A DNA stretch of 63,798 bases, filler included, from Octopus bimaculoides (taxonomy: Eukaryota): assembly GCF_001194135.2 (NCBI RefSeq). It is 5 parts of 5 records of this genome, joined end to end, with 100 filler letters (N's around TTAATTAATTAA, not from the genome) between each part and the next. Parts side by side here need not be neighbours in the genome. Positions count along the whole stretch, not along the records: positions 1 to 18,871 come from NC_069008.1; positions 18,972 to 33,194 come from NW_026356528.1; 3 more parts are not named here. One strand, 5' to 3'. Position numbers and translations under genes: made by a program. This document shows positions 11,583-24,212 of the stretch, piece by piece. Within the stretch, counting starts at the first letter, position 1, and each line of letters begins with the position of its first letter. Under the pieces are notes generated by a model, which was not told where the DNA came from, searched no databases, and saw only the letters and a program-made list of their open reading frames with translations.

Positions 11583-12287
11583 CTAGCTTAAAAGCCACCC
11601 TATCGGGCAGCTTTTAATCTGGCTCCTGTGGAGGGCTCTTCATTGGGCCTTGGGCCCAATGGTGATACTTCATGCATTGAGTACATATTAAATTTTATTA
11701 AACTTGAACAATATTTTTCAAGTAATGAACAATTTTCATCAAAACAATTATATAATTTGATGACTTGGAACTTATTGCAAAGCTGCATGATAAACAAAAC
11801 TTTTTGTCTTCCCATTCAGGGGTCAGTACAATTTTTTTCTGACTAACCTCTCTCTCTCTCTCTCTCTCTTTCTGTTGATTGTTTTCAACCATTACCATCG
11901 CCAGTACCATCACCATCGTCACCACAACTGCCATTCACACACCATTCAAACTTCTGATGCCACCACTATCAATACCTTTGACTTCGCTGCATTCCCCTCC
12001 ACCACCATGATCACTGTCTTTCACATCACTTATTATCACCATCACCCCTGACTGACCACCAGCACCATCATCACTGTTGCTTCCACCTCTATCACAACTA
12101 CAGCTCATACTATTACTATCACATCATTACCATCACAACCGCCAATCTACTACCGTCTCTATGCCTACTTTTACTCTCACTCCATCATGAGGAATAGTGG
12201 AAGTGTCATTGAATAGTGAGAGAGGGGGGGGGTCAAAGTTTGGCACACTGACACACAGAAATTCATTTTAGCATTTATTATTATAGA
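11583..12287 (-). mobile_element. Non-autonomous Helitron (705 bp)
   Basis: 5' A|TCTATAATAATAAATGC at 12287; 3' hairpin ttaaaagc-tgccc-gata-gggtg-gcttttaa then G-CTAG|T ending at 11583. Confidence 0.88.
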
Positions 12288-12699
12288 TATATATATGCCA
12301 GGGACATGCTGCCTAGGTAGGCAAGGTCAGCTGCTTATCTTGAATAAAATAAGTTCAATAGCAACATTTTCCTTTCAGGGCAAAATATGTACCTAATTCA
12401 ATAGAATTATGAAGGTTACTCTGATTACTATGCATAAAATGCAAAATATTTTATTTTTCTGTAGATTAGGTAGACATCATTCACCCCTGCTTTTCAATCT
12501 AAGTAATTAAGCTATACATGGTACTGCTGAAGTAAAAAGGCTGCATACACTCCTACAACACCGTTTTCTTTACGTGCTATAAAGGCAGAAGTAAATCTGC
12601 CTTCAACTCAGCCGCGTGCCTGTGTTTTGCTTATTTTTTGTTTTACTACATAAAGGTCATCAACTGCCTACCCTGAGTAATTACTGACAGCACGTGCCT

Positions 12700-12715
12700 G
12701 ATATATACATATATG

Positions 12716-12786
<71 letters not shown>

Positions 12787-12990
12787 ATGTATATATGTAT
12801 GTATATGTACATATATATGTATATGTACATATATATGTATATACATAGGTACATATATATATATATGTATGTATATGTACATATATATGTATATACATAG
12901 GTACATATATATAGATAGGTATGTATGTATGCATATATATATATGTACATATGTTTATTTATATTTACATAAATATATGGCATAACTACC
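12700..12990. repeat. (TA)n and TATG/TACA microsatellite
   Basis: Directly visible. Confidence 0.95.
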
Positions 12991-13062
12991 TATATACATT
13001 CATTTGTTATTTATTGTTGGTTGATATATACATTCTTTTATTATTATTATTGTTGTATTTTT

Positions 13063-13290
13063 TCCTGAAGATTAGCTACATTTTTGAATAGACTGGATTT
13101 TTATTTTCTATTTGAAAATTTGGTTATGAAACACGTGTAGTCGTTTTATTATCTTTATCTTATGATATTTATTTTGTATTATATTATACTTATTTATCAT
13201 GCTTTTACTTATTAATTTTTCTATGTGACTGTGGATTTTCATGGATTAGTTCATGAACTTCGGTTCTTTTCTCTAGAACTATATATTTAT
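13063..13290 (+). mobile_element. PLE-terminal-type repeat, homologous in reverse orientation to 19705-19900
   Basis: ctatttgaaaatttggttatgaaacacgtgtagtcgttttattatc...ttcatgaacttcggttcttttc matches the reverse complement of 19705-19890; carries CUGAAGA...GAAA-CACGUG-UA. Confidence 0.6.
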
Positions 13291-13787
13291 ATATTTTATA
13301 CTGTGAAACTTAATTTAATTTTAATTTTTAATAAATTGAATTTAATTGAGTTTTTACCTGTAAATTTGGATTTTTATCCCTAATATTATTATCATATATA
13401 TATAAACACAGAAGATAAAAAATATATATGCACATATAAAAACACAAAAATATATATAAGGACCTGACCAGAAAAATGCATATAAAAATCAACTAAAGTA
13501 GGTAATTAAAAAGAATTATTAGAGCATATCAATCCCCTAAAAAATTACCCACCAATTAAAAATATATCAAACTAGTCAGTTCTTAAAAATGAAGCAATCC
13601 ATTGTAGGTCCAGTATCCAAAGAGTGTAAGAGAGTTCCAAAACAGGGTAAGTCAAAATCCACACCTATGGTCATTTTAGGAGTTGACTACCATGGTTTGA
13701 TTGCAATTTGAAGTGCATCTTGGTAATGACCCTCTCATCAGGATGAACATAACTCTCTAGGAATTTCACATTCAAGTAGTTCAAGTA

Positions 13788-13823
<36 letters not shown>

Positions 13824-13829
13824 CAAAAT

Positions 13830-13990
13830 TACAGAAAACAACAGACGAAGACAGGTGTAGGAACAAGCAGGTGTATTATTTTAAAGCTTGGGAAAAATGG
13901 AAATATCTTTTACATTTTGAGCCTACACTCTTCAACAGAAAGGATTAAGAGGAAAAAATGGAGAGAGAATGAAAAAAATCAAGATAGAAA
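13830..13990 (-). mobile_element. Family D repeat with decayed HHR-like motif
   Basis: Minus strand ctttCTGTTGAagagtgtaggctcAAAAtgtaaaag; flanks similar to 8095-8290. Confidence 0.55.
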
Positions 13991-14344
13991 AAAAATGAAG
14001 AGTTCAATGGTCCAACATGGTGAGATGACTAGAAATTGTCTATAACATATATCAGAAAAAGAAGCACATTCTAAAGAATAGAGCTGTAAGTATTAAAACA
14101 AAAAGTTAAAATGGTTTCGTATCCACTAAAGCTACAGCCTTGTGGACAGCTCATTACACTCTATACAAAGACAAATTTAACTCTCTACCTCATGGACTTG
14201 AGGAAATGCTAGGATAACAAGGTTCAACAGCTGACCTATAAAAACGTTATTGAGGACAGGTTATTTCCCCTGGACTATAGGATAAAAAGAAGCTATAATC
14301 AAAATCTTTACGGTTTCATATTAGACTAACCAGCAAACGGGGAG

Positions 14345-14700
14345 ATCCAATTTTCCAGCGAGTAGCACTTGAAATGAATACATTTTGAGAAATTTTCTTT
14401 ATCATTATTTAATGCGCCAGACTTAGCATAGTCCTTAAGAATCTTGGTTCTCTCTGTGATGTAGATTTTGAAACGGCCATTCCCATTAATATATATGGGC
14501 TTGGATGCTTTGTGATTTTCCACCTGATACCATATGGAGTCCCTTGATCTTTGAGGTGTCATATATGGTTGGCCAGGGATGTGACAAAACGTTTTTCTGG
14601 GACTCTGAAGATGACTGGTGGTTGCGAAAGCATTGTTTGAAAGATGTGCTGGCTGATCCAATATATTAACAAGCATCATAAGTGGCTATATTCACATTCC
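14345..14700 (-). mobile_element. Penelope-like element GIY-YIG endonuclease remnant
   Basis: Frameshifted YIGSASTSFKQCFRNHQSS / LANHI*HLKDQGTPYGIRWKI / GRFKIYITERTKIL..LNNDKENFSKCIH, typical of the PLE Uri domain. Confidence 0.8.
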
Positions 14701-15961
14701 TGGTGTATTTTTGGTAGGTTCCGGGCTTGGGGATGTTGTTGGTATCACTGATGTTGATGTTGCCATTATGGTTCAATGAGCCAGCAGTTTTGGTGCATCT
14801 GCCATCTTCATGGTTGTTATCGCCGTGGTTTTCATCTCTGGTCATATGGTTGGTGTTGATGTTGCTGGCAGTAGTGTGGGTGTAGCTGGTGGTAACATAT
14901 GATGCAGGGCCAGTCACTCCACACATATACATTATGTGGACAATACTTTCAAATGAGGCAATACAATCATATCTGATTCTTCAAGTGCTTCAATTCTGTG
15001 CAAGTACATATATTTACTCAATTGCTGACATTTAGCAATAGTTTCTCCCATTGTGTTGATGCACCATTTTCTATCATTAATAAAGCTGTTGGCATTTTGG
15101 ATGACATGGGTATGCAAGTTCCAATATATTTACTAAATACTCTTACTGTTTGGAACTATTATTCATTATTATTATTATTATTATCATTATTTACTTTTAA
15201 TCTGCATGTTTGTTACAATCACTTACTGAGACATACCCAGCATCCTAGGGTGAGTGAAGAATAAAAGAGGTTACAGTATGACTGGAAGCTTAGGGAGGGG
15301 AAGTAGCAGGGGCAGTAGTGAAATATCTTCATGTAATACAACACACATTTAAATTGATAGGATTTTTCTAAGGATTATTATTATTATTATTATTATTATT
15401 ATTGTGTAAGAGAACAGTGCATGCCATCAAAGTGACATTGGGGTACAATTATACGAAGCCCAATATACCCATCATGACCACCCATCTGATAAGGGTAGAC
15501 CAGGCACATGCATCATAACCACATGTGCNNNNNNNNNNNNNNNNNNNNNNNNNNNNNNNNNNNNNNNNNNNNNNNNNNNNNNNNNNNNNNNNNNNNNNNN
15601 NNNNNNNNNNNNNNNNNNNNNNNNNNNNNNNNNNNNNNNNNNNNNNNNNNNNNNNNNNNNNNNNNNNNNNNNNNNNNNNNNNNNNNNNNNNNNNNNNNNN
15701 NNNNNNNNNNNNNNNNNNNNNNNNNNNNNNNNNNNNNNNNNNNNNNNNNNNNNNNNNNNNNNNNNNNNNNNNNNNNNNNNNNNNNNNNNNNNNNNNNNNN
15801 NNNNNNNNNNNNNNNNNNNNNNNNNNNNNNNNNNNNNNNNNNNNNNNNNNNNNNNNNNNNNNNNNNNNNNNNNNNNNNNNNNNNNNNNNNNNNNNNNNNN
15901 NNNNNNNNNNNNNNNNNNNNNNNNNNNNNNNNNNNNNNNNNNNNNNNNNNNNNNNNNNNNN

Positions 15962-16150
15962 CTTAGCAGCATTTTGTCTGTCTTAATGTTCTGAGTTCAA
16001 ATTCTGCCAAGGTCGACTTTGCCTTTCATCCTTTCAGGATCAATAAATTAAGTACTAGTGAAACACTGGGGTCGATGTAAGGACTAGTCCCCTCCCCCAA
16101 AATTTCAGGCCTTATGCCTTTAGTAGAAAGGATTATTATTATTATTATTT
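15962..16150 (+). mobile_element. SINE family 2 copy with (ATT)n tail
   Basis: gttctgagttcaaattctgcc (B-box-like)...ggtcgactttgcctttcatcc...(att)n. Confidence 0.85.
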
Positions 16151-17168
16151 TGTTTTTGTTGTTTGTAGCCAATACTACAATATAACCACATCAGATGACA
16201 GTTAATTCACTTTTCCACACATAGAAGGTTCTTTAACATGAAACCATTTGATAACATGAATTGGTTGTTTGGGACTAAATGTATAATATTGTATAAATAA
16301 TATACCCACTATATTACCTTATATGAGTACATTTTTTCTTTCTGACTCATGTAGAACTATTAGACAACTGTGTGTGTGTGTGTTATTATCTTCATTGAGC
16401 AAGGAACTGTAGAAAACACATGCAATGATTATATGAGAACTACTGCTGAAGATTGGTTCTGTATATTGAACACACAACTATCATTCCTTCTGATGTATTC
16501 TTCATCTTTACAAATCTGTTATTCACCCTTGTATGCAATACTGTCGTCACATCTGGCCAGGTGCTCCTGCTGGTGTTCTTTTTTTCTCTCCTTGCTCAAA
16601 TTCCAAAGTGGAATTCTAACATTATTTTTTTTTGGCCACTAAACTTCAACTCCTCTCTTCTCACTTGGACATTGAACCACTTAACTCTCATAGGGAAGAC
16701 ATTATTTCTTCATTTCCATTCCAGAAATACTTCCATGGTTGTTACTCTGTCAAACTCTCTTCTACATTTTTTTATGGTTACTAGTGACTTACCATTCTAC
16801 TATTACTTATATTTCCACTTATTGTTGTTCCATCCTGTAACAAATATTGCAACTCCAATAGTTTCTTCTTTCTGTTTTATACAACCCCATTCTTTATTCT
16901 TGATTCTTCCATGCAAATATAATCTTCTATCTTTTACTTGTTTCAGTCATTGGACTGTGGCCATGATGGAGTACCACCTAGAAGAGTTTTAGTTGAATAA
17001 ATCAACATATGTGCAATTTTATCTTTTAGTAGCTAGTACTCTTCAATCTTTTTTTAGCTCTTTTGTCACCCACTTGTGCTTCCCCAAATATGGCAATATC
17101 TATAATCTTGGTTTCCTTCTTCCATCTTCCACTACAACAGTGTCTGGTCTCCAAGTATCAATCATTAC

Positions 17169-17201
<33 letters not shown>

Positions 17202-17206
17202 CATCA

Positions 17207-17420
17207 TGAAGGTGGTGAGCTGGCAAAATCATTAGCACATCAGACAAATGCTTAGCGGCATGTTTTTTGGCTTTTTATGTTCTGAATTCAAATTCTGCTG
17301 AGGTCAATTTCGCTGCTCATCCTTTCAGGATTGATAAAATAAAGTACCAGTCAAGTACTGGGTTCAATAAAATTGACTAATGTCATCCCCTTAAAATTGC
17401 TGGCCTTGTGTCTTCATCAG
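17207..17420 (+). mobile_element. SINE family 2 copy
   Basis: aaggtggtgagctggcaaaatcattagc head; similar throughout to the 15962 and 57870 copies. Confidence 0.8.
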
Positions 17421-17635
17421 AAGCAGTAATTATTGTTACTGGAAATAGCAAAACAGTTGAGCAAGGCAAGTGATACACTGTTATTCAGTATTTTACATAC
17501 CTGGACAAATCTCTGATGGTTTGTTTCTTTTCAAGAGATTTAAGTTTGAATTCAATCTGATGTTCAGGATATGAGAGATTTGATATCTTAAGTATCCCAA
17601 GTGTCTGATATTGTTTGAGTATATAAATATTTAGG

Positions 17636-17965
17636 TGCAGGCATGGCTGTGTGCTAAGAAGCTTGCTTCCCAACCCCGTGGTTCTGGGTTCATTCCTCCT
17701 GTGTGGCACCTTGGGAAAGTGTCTTCTACTGTTGCCTCAGGCCAACCAAAGCCTTGTGAGTGGATTTGATAGATGGAAGCTAAAAGAAGCTCGTTGTGTG
17801 TGTGTGTGGAGTGGTGTTTGTTCCCCACCACTGCTTGACAACTGGTGTTGGTGTCTTTATATCCCCAAAACTTAATGATTCAGCAAAAGAGATCTATAGA
17901 ATAAGTACCAGGCTTTAAAAAAATAGGTACTGAGATCAATTTGATCAACTAAAACCCTTCAAAGG
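17636..17965 (+). mobile_element. SINE family 1, near full-length
   Basis: tRNA-like head, central (GT)n, 3' part matching the reverse of 26435-26850. Confidence 0.85.
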
Positions 17966-18871
17966 TATATTATATATGTATTTGTGGGTGGAGTATAGTT
18001 GATTTAATCAATCCCCTCACCACCAAGACCTGATTAAGATAGCTATTTAGTAAAATCATTAGAATATCCAGAAGAATACCTTGTGATTTTTTTGTCCTGG
18101 CCCTCTGCACTTTGAGTTTCAAATGTTACTAAGTTTAACATTGATTTTTGAGACTGATAAATAAAATACCAGTGAAGAACTTAGAAAGTTGGGCTTCCAA
18201 CCAGGCCTTTTGCAATACCCTTAAAAAAACAGGAACTTTCACTTATTTCAAATGACTGAAAAAAGTAAAAGGAAAAAGGTATAAAAGATTGATTCCAGAT
18301 TTCAGCAGCATGTTCTAATTTAGATCTGACATAAATTGAAGGATCTGGTCAAACAAACAAACCCCACATATGCATATATAAATACAGAACATCGCCAACA
18401 GTAAACAATATGAAATATAAAAACAAATGAGTTCGATACACAAACAACACGAGAAACAAATGGAAACAGAATAAGCTACATAAAGAATGACCCTTCATCA
18501 GTTGTTAGCTGTCTATCTACTCCTCATTTCGAGCACTAAACAAAAATATGAGTCTTCAAAGACAGTTGCTCCCATAAGTACCAAAATAAAATTTGGGATT
18601 TATGGCAGTTCAAAGTTGGGAACAAAAACAGGACATTGGAGACATACAAGGAAACTGAATGAAAACAAACATGGAAGGTCATTAGACCAGAACGAGCATA
18701 AAATAGCGAATGCTGGAGAAATATTTTCTTTGAAAAGAGAAAAGATGCAAGAAAGAGGTAGAATACATCCAGTCCTTAGGACAGTCCTGAAGGAAAAGAA
18801 AGATGATCACATGAGGAAAAGAAAGATAGACAATGGTCATGTGTGAGCAACAAGAGAGAGAAAAAGAGAAA

Positions 18872-18971
18872 NNNNNNNNNNNNNNNNNNNNNNNNNNNNN
18901 NNNNNNNNNNNNNNNTTAATTAATTAANNNNNNNNNNNNNNNNNNNNNNNNNNNNNNNNNNNNNNNNNNNN
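18872..18971. other. Artificial scaffold linker N44-TTAATTAATTAA-N44 (also 33195-33294, 50301-50400, 59416-59515)
   Basis: Identical 100-bp construct four times; the 12-mer has stops in all six frames. It marks joins of unknown size. Confidence 0.95.
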
Positions 18972-18978
18972 CACACAC

Positions 18979-19009
<31 letters not shown>

Positions 19010-19029
19010 TATATATATATTACATAAGA

Positions 19030-19420
19030 ACAAGGTACTGCAACAGCCTTGGTTTCATAGGACGTCAGCTTTTTAATGCCCTGCCAAAACAACTGACAGA
19101 CTTGCAAGACATGGATATAGAGGTCTTCAAAACAAAACTTGACACTTTCCTCTCCACGATACCAGACAAACCAATGGCTCGAAATGAGACACAGTTGAGG
19201 GTAGCGATGTCAAATTCTCTTATACACCAGATGTGCCATCAAAATTCTTGATGGGACTATATCAGGTAGAGGAAAAGAGCCATGCAAGGAACGTGAAGAG
19301 AGCACAGCATAAAGACGGAAAGTCATCGTGGTGCTCCAGCATAAAGACGGAAAGTCATCGTGGTGCTCCAGCATGACTGCAGCCGCTTGGCTGAAAAGCA
19401 TAAATAAATAAATAATATAT
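19030..19420 (+). mobile_element. CR1-like LINE 3' end
   Basis: CNSLGFIGRQLFNALPKQL..DIEVFKTKLDTFLSTIPDKP..SNSLIHQ, same family as 31480-32450; 32-bp tandem duplication in the UTR; (TAAA)n tail. Confidence 0.8.
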
Positions 19421-19433
19421 ATANNNNNNNNNN

Positions 19434-19555
19434 TTAAGATGATTCCCATGCTTTCCCTGATGAGAAGGTTACAATTTTAATATCAAAGATCCATATGGAT
19501 CTTTGATATTAAAATTGTAACCTTCTCATCAGGGAAAGCATGGGAATCATCTTAA
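19434..19555. repeat. Perfect 122-bp palindrome (61-bp arms, no spacer) abutting a 10-N gap
   Basis: ttaagatgattccc...aaagatccat|atggatcttt...gggaatcatcttaa. Confidence 0.95.
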
Positions 19556-21043
19556 ACGTAAGACATTATGACCGATTATGAAAACAATAGATGGATAAGG
19601 TTATGACTGGTATTAAATTGATATTAATTAATATCCAATTTTTTACTGTGCTATTTTAATTATATATACACAGATATACATATATATATATATATATATA
19701 AATATATAGTTTTAGGGAAAAGAACCAAGGTTCATGAACTTATCGATGAAAATCCACTGTCACATATAGAAAAATTAATAAGTAAAAGCACAATAAATAG
19801 GTATAATATAATACAAAGTAAATATCATAAGATAAAGATAATAAAACGACTACAGGTGTTTCATAACCAATTTTCAAATAGAAAGAAAATTTAAATCGAT
19901 TAAAATCGTTTCATTATCTCACAGAGGGGATGACAAATGACTGAGATGATTAATAAATCATTTACTCTAGATCTATCTGTCTAGCCAAAATGAGGTCCTA
20001 AAGCCATATTGTTTATATCTATGCCCTCGTACCTGATCTGTCCCTGTCAAGCCTTCCCCACAACTCATCTTCCTACCATCCATCTCTTCATAACATTTCT
20101 GACCATGGTACTATTCACTCAACTGCAATAATTTGTGCTACCAGTTATCCTTCTCTTTGGAACCATTTACTTTTGTCACTCATCTCACATTCTCAATATT
20201 ATTCTTTACCACTTGATTTTCCACCGGATGCCATTTCCCTTGGCTCTCATATCTGCTATCAATGTTCCCACTCCAGCTTTGTCATTCACTTCCTATTCCA
20301 ACATATCTCTGACCACCATCTCTGTCACTGTGCAACCTTTTTGGATCACACCACTCACTTTATGTCATAAAACTGCTTCTCATTTATCTAGTTTTATTAT
20401 ACTTTTAACCTCCAACCCTACTTCTCATTGAACCACCTATGACTTCCTCTTCCATAATCCACTTCTGTTTCCTTCATCATTCTCCAACTGATATTCACAA
20501 TTAACAACACATCCACCCATGTCTATGATTTCACTGCATTCATTTCAATCTCCATTTCTAACCATCAGTCACTCTCCTTTCACACACTTGTGATCTTACC
20601 TACCCATCCTTCCTGATCCTCTGTCCCTGTTCTCTCTTATATTCACTTTCTTGGACCTTGAGGGTTGCCCAGATACCTCATTACCATTTTTTTCCTCTTT
20701 CCAGCTGTGATAGCCATGTATTTCCCCTACAGCAAGGTTCCTGTCCCTATCCCTCTACCATGCTTTAGCTTCTCAATACTTGACATAAAGCCACTTCCTT
20801 AAATATTACACTCCCACTTAGTAGTACTGAGAAGTCTTTTCTTGCAAGTTACTTCGTGACCTCACTAGTGCTAGTGCCATGATAAAAAACACCCAAGTGA
20901 TTGATGTAAGTCCATCCAGCCAGCCAATCCATTCTAAAGCAGATGTTGGATCTCAGTGTAGTCTACTAACTTAGAGATACTGTCAAACTGTCGAATCCAT
21001 GTATGGAAAATGAATGTTAAACAATGATGATGATTATGATGAT

Positions 21044-21120
<77 letters not shown>

Positions 21121-21458
21121 AGGCATTGCAGTGTAGTTAATAAGTTCGCTTCAACCATGGGGTTTTGAGACAGGAGGTGATTTGGATATAAATAGTCAAG
21201 TGTGTGTATTTATAACATAAAGACAGATAAAATCTGTTAGCAGTTAATATTGTAGCTGTAACAGAGTGCAACCAAAAGATGTGTATTGGAATATGCAGCT
21301 TGAAATTTCCTTTAGAAGATGGTAGCAAAACCGAGCAACCCAGAAAGTTATTCAACACCGTCATTAACTGTTGTAGACAAAACAAAAGTACTTTACTGAA
21401 ATGTTAATAGATTTAAAGGAAACTGACAACTGATCAAACTAAATCACAAGTGTGGTAT

Positions 21459-21490
21459 TTTATTACACAGTTGCCCTTTTTATTTTTATT
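21459..21490 (-). promoter_or_regulatory. Clustered AATAAA polyadenylation signals downstream of the putative terminal exon
   Basis: Three minus-strand AATAAA hexamers followed by a GT/T-rich segment, ~310-340 nt after the stop at 21797. Confidence 0.45.
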
Positions 21491-21796
21491 TTTTTTTGCC
21501 ATGAAATAAATATCAGAAAAATGTGTGCAACTCTCCTCCAATACAACAATGCACTATGTCTATTAAAATAACAGTCATTTATAAGATATCAGATTAGTAT
21601 AACATACACACTATCAAAATAACAAACAAACCAAAAGCAATGACTGCATAGAGAAAGAGCAAAAGGAAGAATTAAATTAGATATCACACCATGCTCATTA
21701 TAAAAGTAAACTATTTTTGTTACTGAAACTGTAACACAACACTAAAATAGTTAATAGGTTACAGTGATGATGAATTACAACTGAATAAAGAAGTTT

Positions 21797-22024
21797 TTAA
21801 AAAATCACATTAGAAGCTAAGTTGATTGACTCATCCTCATAAAAGTCTGAGTCAGACTCAGCGAGTGCCACAGCAGGACAAGAATTCTCTTCACTGGAGG
21901 CTATATGTGTTGTTGGTTTTGACTCGGTAGATTCACTAGAATGCTCCAAACCAAAATCATTGGATTCCAAAGAACATCCAGAATCCATATCACTTGATTT
22001 CATTGAGCATTTAGTGTTTGAGTC
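21797..22024 (-). CDS. Probable terminal coding exon of an unidentified host gene (Ser/acidic, probably disordered C-terminus)
   Basis: Pyrimidine-rich acceptor tttattttcatcccacag|GAC; 75 open codons DSNTKCSMKSSDMDSGCSLES...DSDFYEDESINLASNVIF* in non-repetitive sequence; polyA signals downstream. No family recognised. Confidence 0.6.
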   Translation of the reverse strand, partial: DSNTKCSMKSSDMDSGCSLESNDFGLEHSSESTESKPTTHIASSEENSCPAVALAESDSDFYEDESINLASNVIF

Positions 22025-22579
22025 CTGTGGGATGAAAATAAAGTTATCAAAAATATAATATTCAGTAATGCCTATGTATAAACATAATATTCCAAACAAT
22101 AAGCATTTAACAGTATTTAGTTCTGATGTTAAAATTATGTTTCTTAATATTACTTTGATTCATCAAAAGATACAGATAGCAATAGCATATCACTATTGTT
22201 GGTAAGATAATTTACAATAATTTACAAACAGACAAGCAATGAAATTGAAACCTAGATGAAAGACAAATCAATCATTCACACAAAAATAAATTCAGTGAAG
22301 TTTTGTCATCAAAGAAGCTACAAAAGATACTTAAGAAACAGTGTGTGTGTGTGTGTGTGTGCGTGTGCGCAGATGTACAATATTTATATATCAATATATA
22401 TCCAGTACATATAAGACACATACACATATATACACACATGAATACATACAATACATATAGAAATATATCGATATATCTAATAAATATATTAAAGATTAAT
22501 ACATACATTTACACATACATCTATATGTAGCATACATCAATAGGTATGTAATATACATCTATTTATCCACCTATATATA

Positions 22580-23843
22580 CTGGGTCATCCCATAAATAAG
22601 GTGGTTTTTTCAATTGCATAAGCCAGAGGGCGATGGGATAAATTACTTGCATCAACTTGCTATAAAAGCAGGTAGTAATCTTACCTTGTACTTGTTCTTA
22701 GTGCAAGCTTTGAAGAGTGCAGTTCAATTTTAACAGTTATTTTTTCAAAGTTATAATGGAAGTGACAAAGGAGCGTATTAGGCATATTTTGCTTTATGAG
22801 TTCAATAAAGGCAACAACACAATGAAAAGTGCAAGGAATAATTAATGCAGTATATGGGGATTGGACAATAAGTATAAGCCAATGTCAACGGTGGTTCCAG
22901 AAATTCCGAGCAGAAAAATATAGCCTAGAAGATGAGTCTCATCCTGGAAGATCTGTAGAGCTCGACAAGGATGTCCTGCAAACCCTGATGGAACAAAATC
23001 CCGTTAAAACTGTTGAGGAACTAGTAGAGAAGCTTGGATTTGGTCATTCAACCATTCGTCGACACCTGCATGCCATTGGAAAAATCAGCAAATTGGGTCA
23101 ATGGGTTCATCACAAACTTTCTGAGTCTAATTATGCACAGAGAGTGAATGTGTGCTCTTCTTTGCTGTTATGCCTCACAAATAAACCCTTTTTTTGGACT
23201 GAATACTGACTGGTAACAATTGGGTTCTCTATAAAAATGTCAAGCACTGAAGACAGTGGGTAGGGAAAGGAGAAACACCAGCACCCCAGGCTAAAGGTCT
23301 TCACTCATGTAAGGTGTTATCTGTTTGGTGGGATATGAAAGGTTAGCATACTTCAAACTTTTAAACCCAAACCAAACAATAACAAAGGAGACCTACTGTG
23401 AGCAGCTTAAGTCAGCACTAGAAGAAAAACGACCATCTTTGGTTTGAAGATGAAAGGTGTTCTTTCATCAGGATAATGCTCAGCCACATACAGCAAGGGT
23501 GACATTCCAGAGGCTGGAACAGTCTGAATGGGAAACAATGCCCCACACACCATATTTGCAGACATTGCCCCATCTGATTATCATTTATTCCACTGTCTTC
23601 AAAATAATTTGGATAGAAGAAATATGAATTCTGTAGATGAGGTCAGAACACTACTGGAGGAGTATTTTTCATCACAGATAAATTAATTTTGGTAGAGGGG
23701 CCTTGCAAGTGTACTAGATAGATGGAAGAACATTGTAGAAAATAAAGGAGAGTACAGTTTAGATAAACAAAGTTCTTTTTTAATCTTAATTTTGAAAAAT
23801 AAAAGAAGTATAAAAAAAATCCATTATTCATGGGATGACCCAA
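22580..23843 (+). mobile_element. Full-length, inactivated mariner transposon (1264 bp, DD34D)
   Basis: TIRs ctgggtcatcccataaataa / ttattcatgggatgacccaa with TA on both sides; ATG at 22756 (MEVTKERIRHILLYEFNKG); SISQCQRWFQKF, FHQDNAQPH, DIAPSDYHLF; stops and frameshifts. Confidence 0.95.
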
Positions 23844-24212
23844 TAATATATATAAATGAATTCTATTGGCGTTTTAACTTTGGAGTGTTTGTGTGTTATA
23901 AAGTCCAGAATGCTAGGTATCAGCTATCAGATACTATTATACAACTGAAATCAATTGCTTTACTGATGATATATCTGAAAACCTGTAGACACTAGTAGAA
24001 TTTATATAAGTATTGACAAGGATAATAGAGTGAGCAATTCATCTTATCGCATAATTCTACAAGTGCTTCATCAACATTGAGCAATAAAATTAATTGCTCA
24101 CTATTCTTTTTGTTAATATATATTGTGTATGGTTGAATGCACCCATCTAGATGTAAGCTTTGGGTTATTAGAGGGACAACATGGCTTTTCAATCAGGCTC
24201 TATATCTACAAA

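Noticed and set aside
12700-12990. CRISPR-like or coding repeat arrays
   Set aside because: Eukaryotic simple repeats only; no repeat-spacer structure or cas genes anywhere in the window.
18916-18927. TTAATTAATTAA islands inside N runs (also 33239, 50345, 59460) as a biological motif
   Set aside because: The identical N44-12mer-N44 construct with six-frame stops is an assembly linker; adjacency across it is not guaranteed.
22756-23770. SETMAR-like gene
   Set aside because: There is no SET domain; it is an ordinary mariner with TIRs, TA duplication and a disrupted ORF.
23992-24192. Upstream exon of the minus-strand gene
   Set aside because: The nearby AG acceptors (ttgtag, atatag) lead into in-frame stops before the open stretch, and no donor fits.
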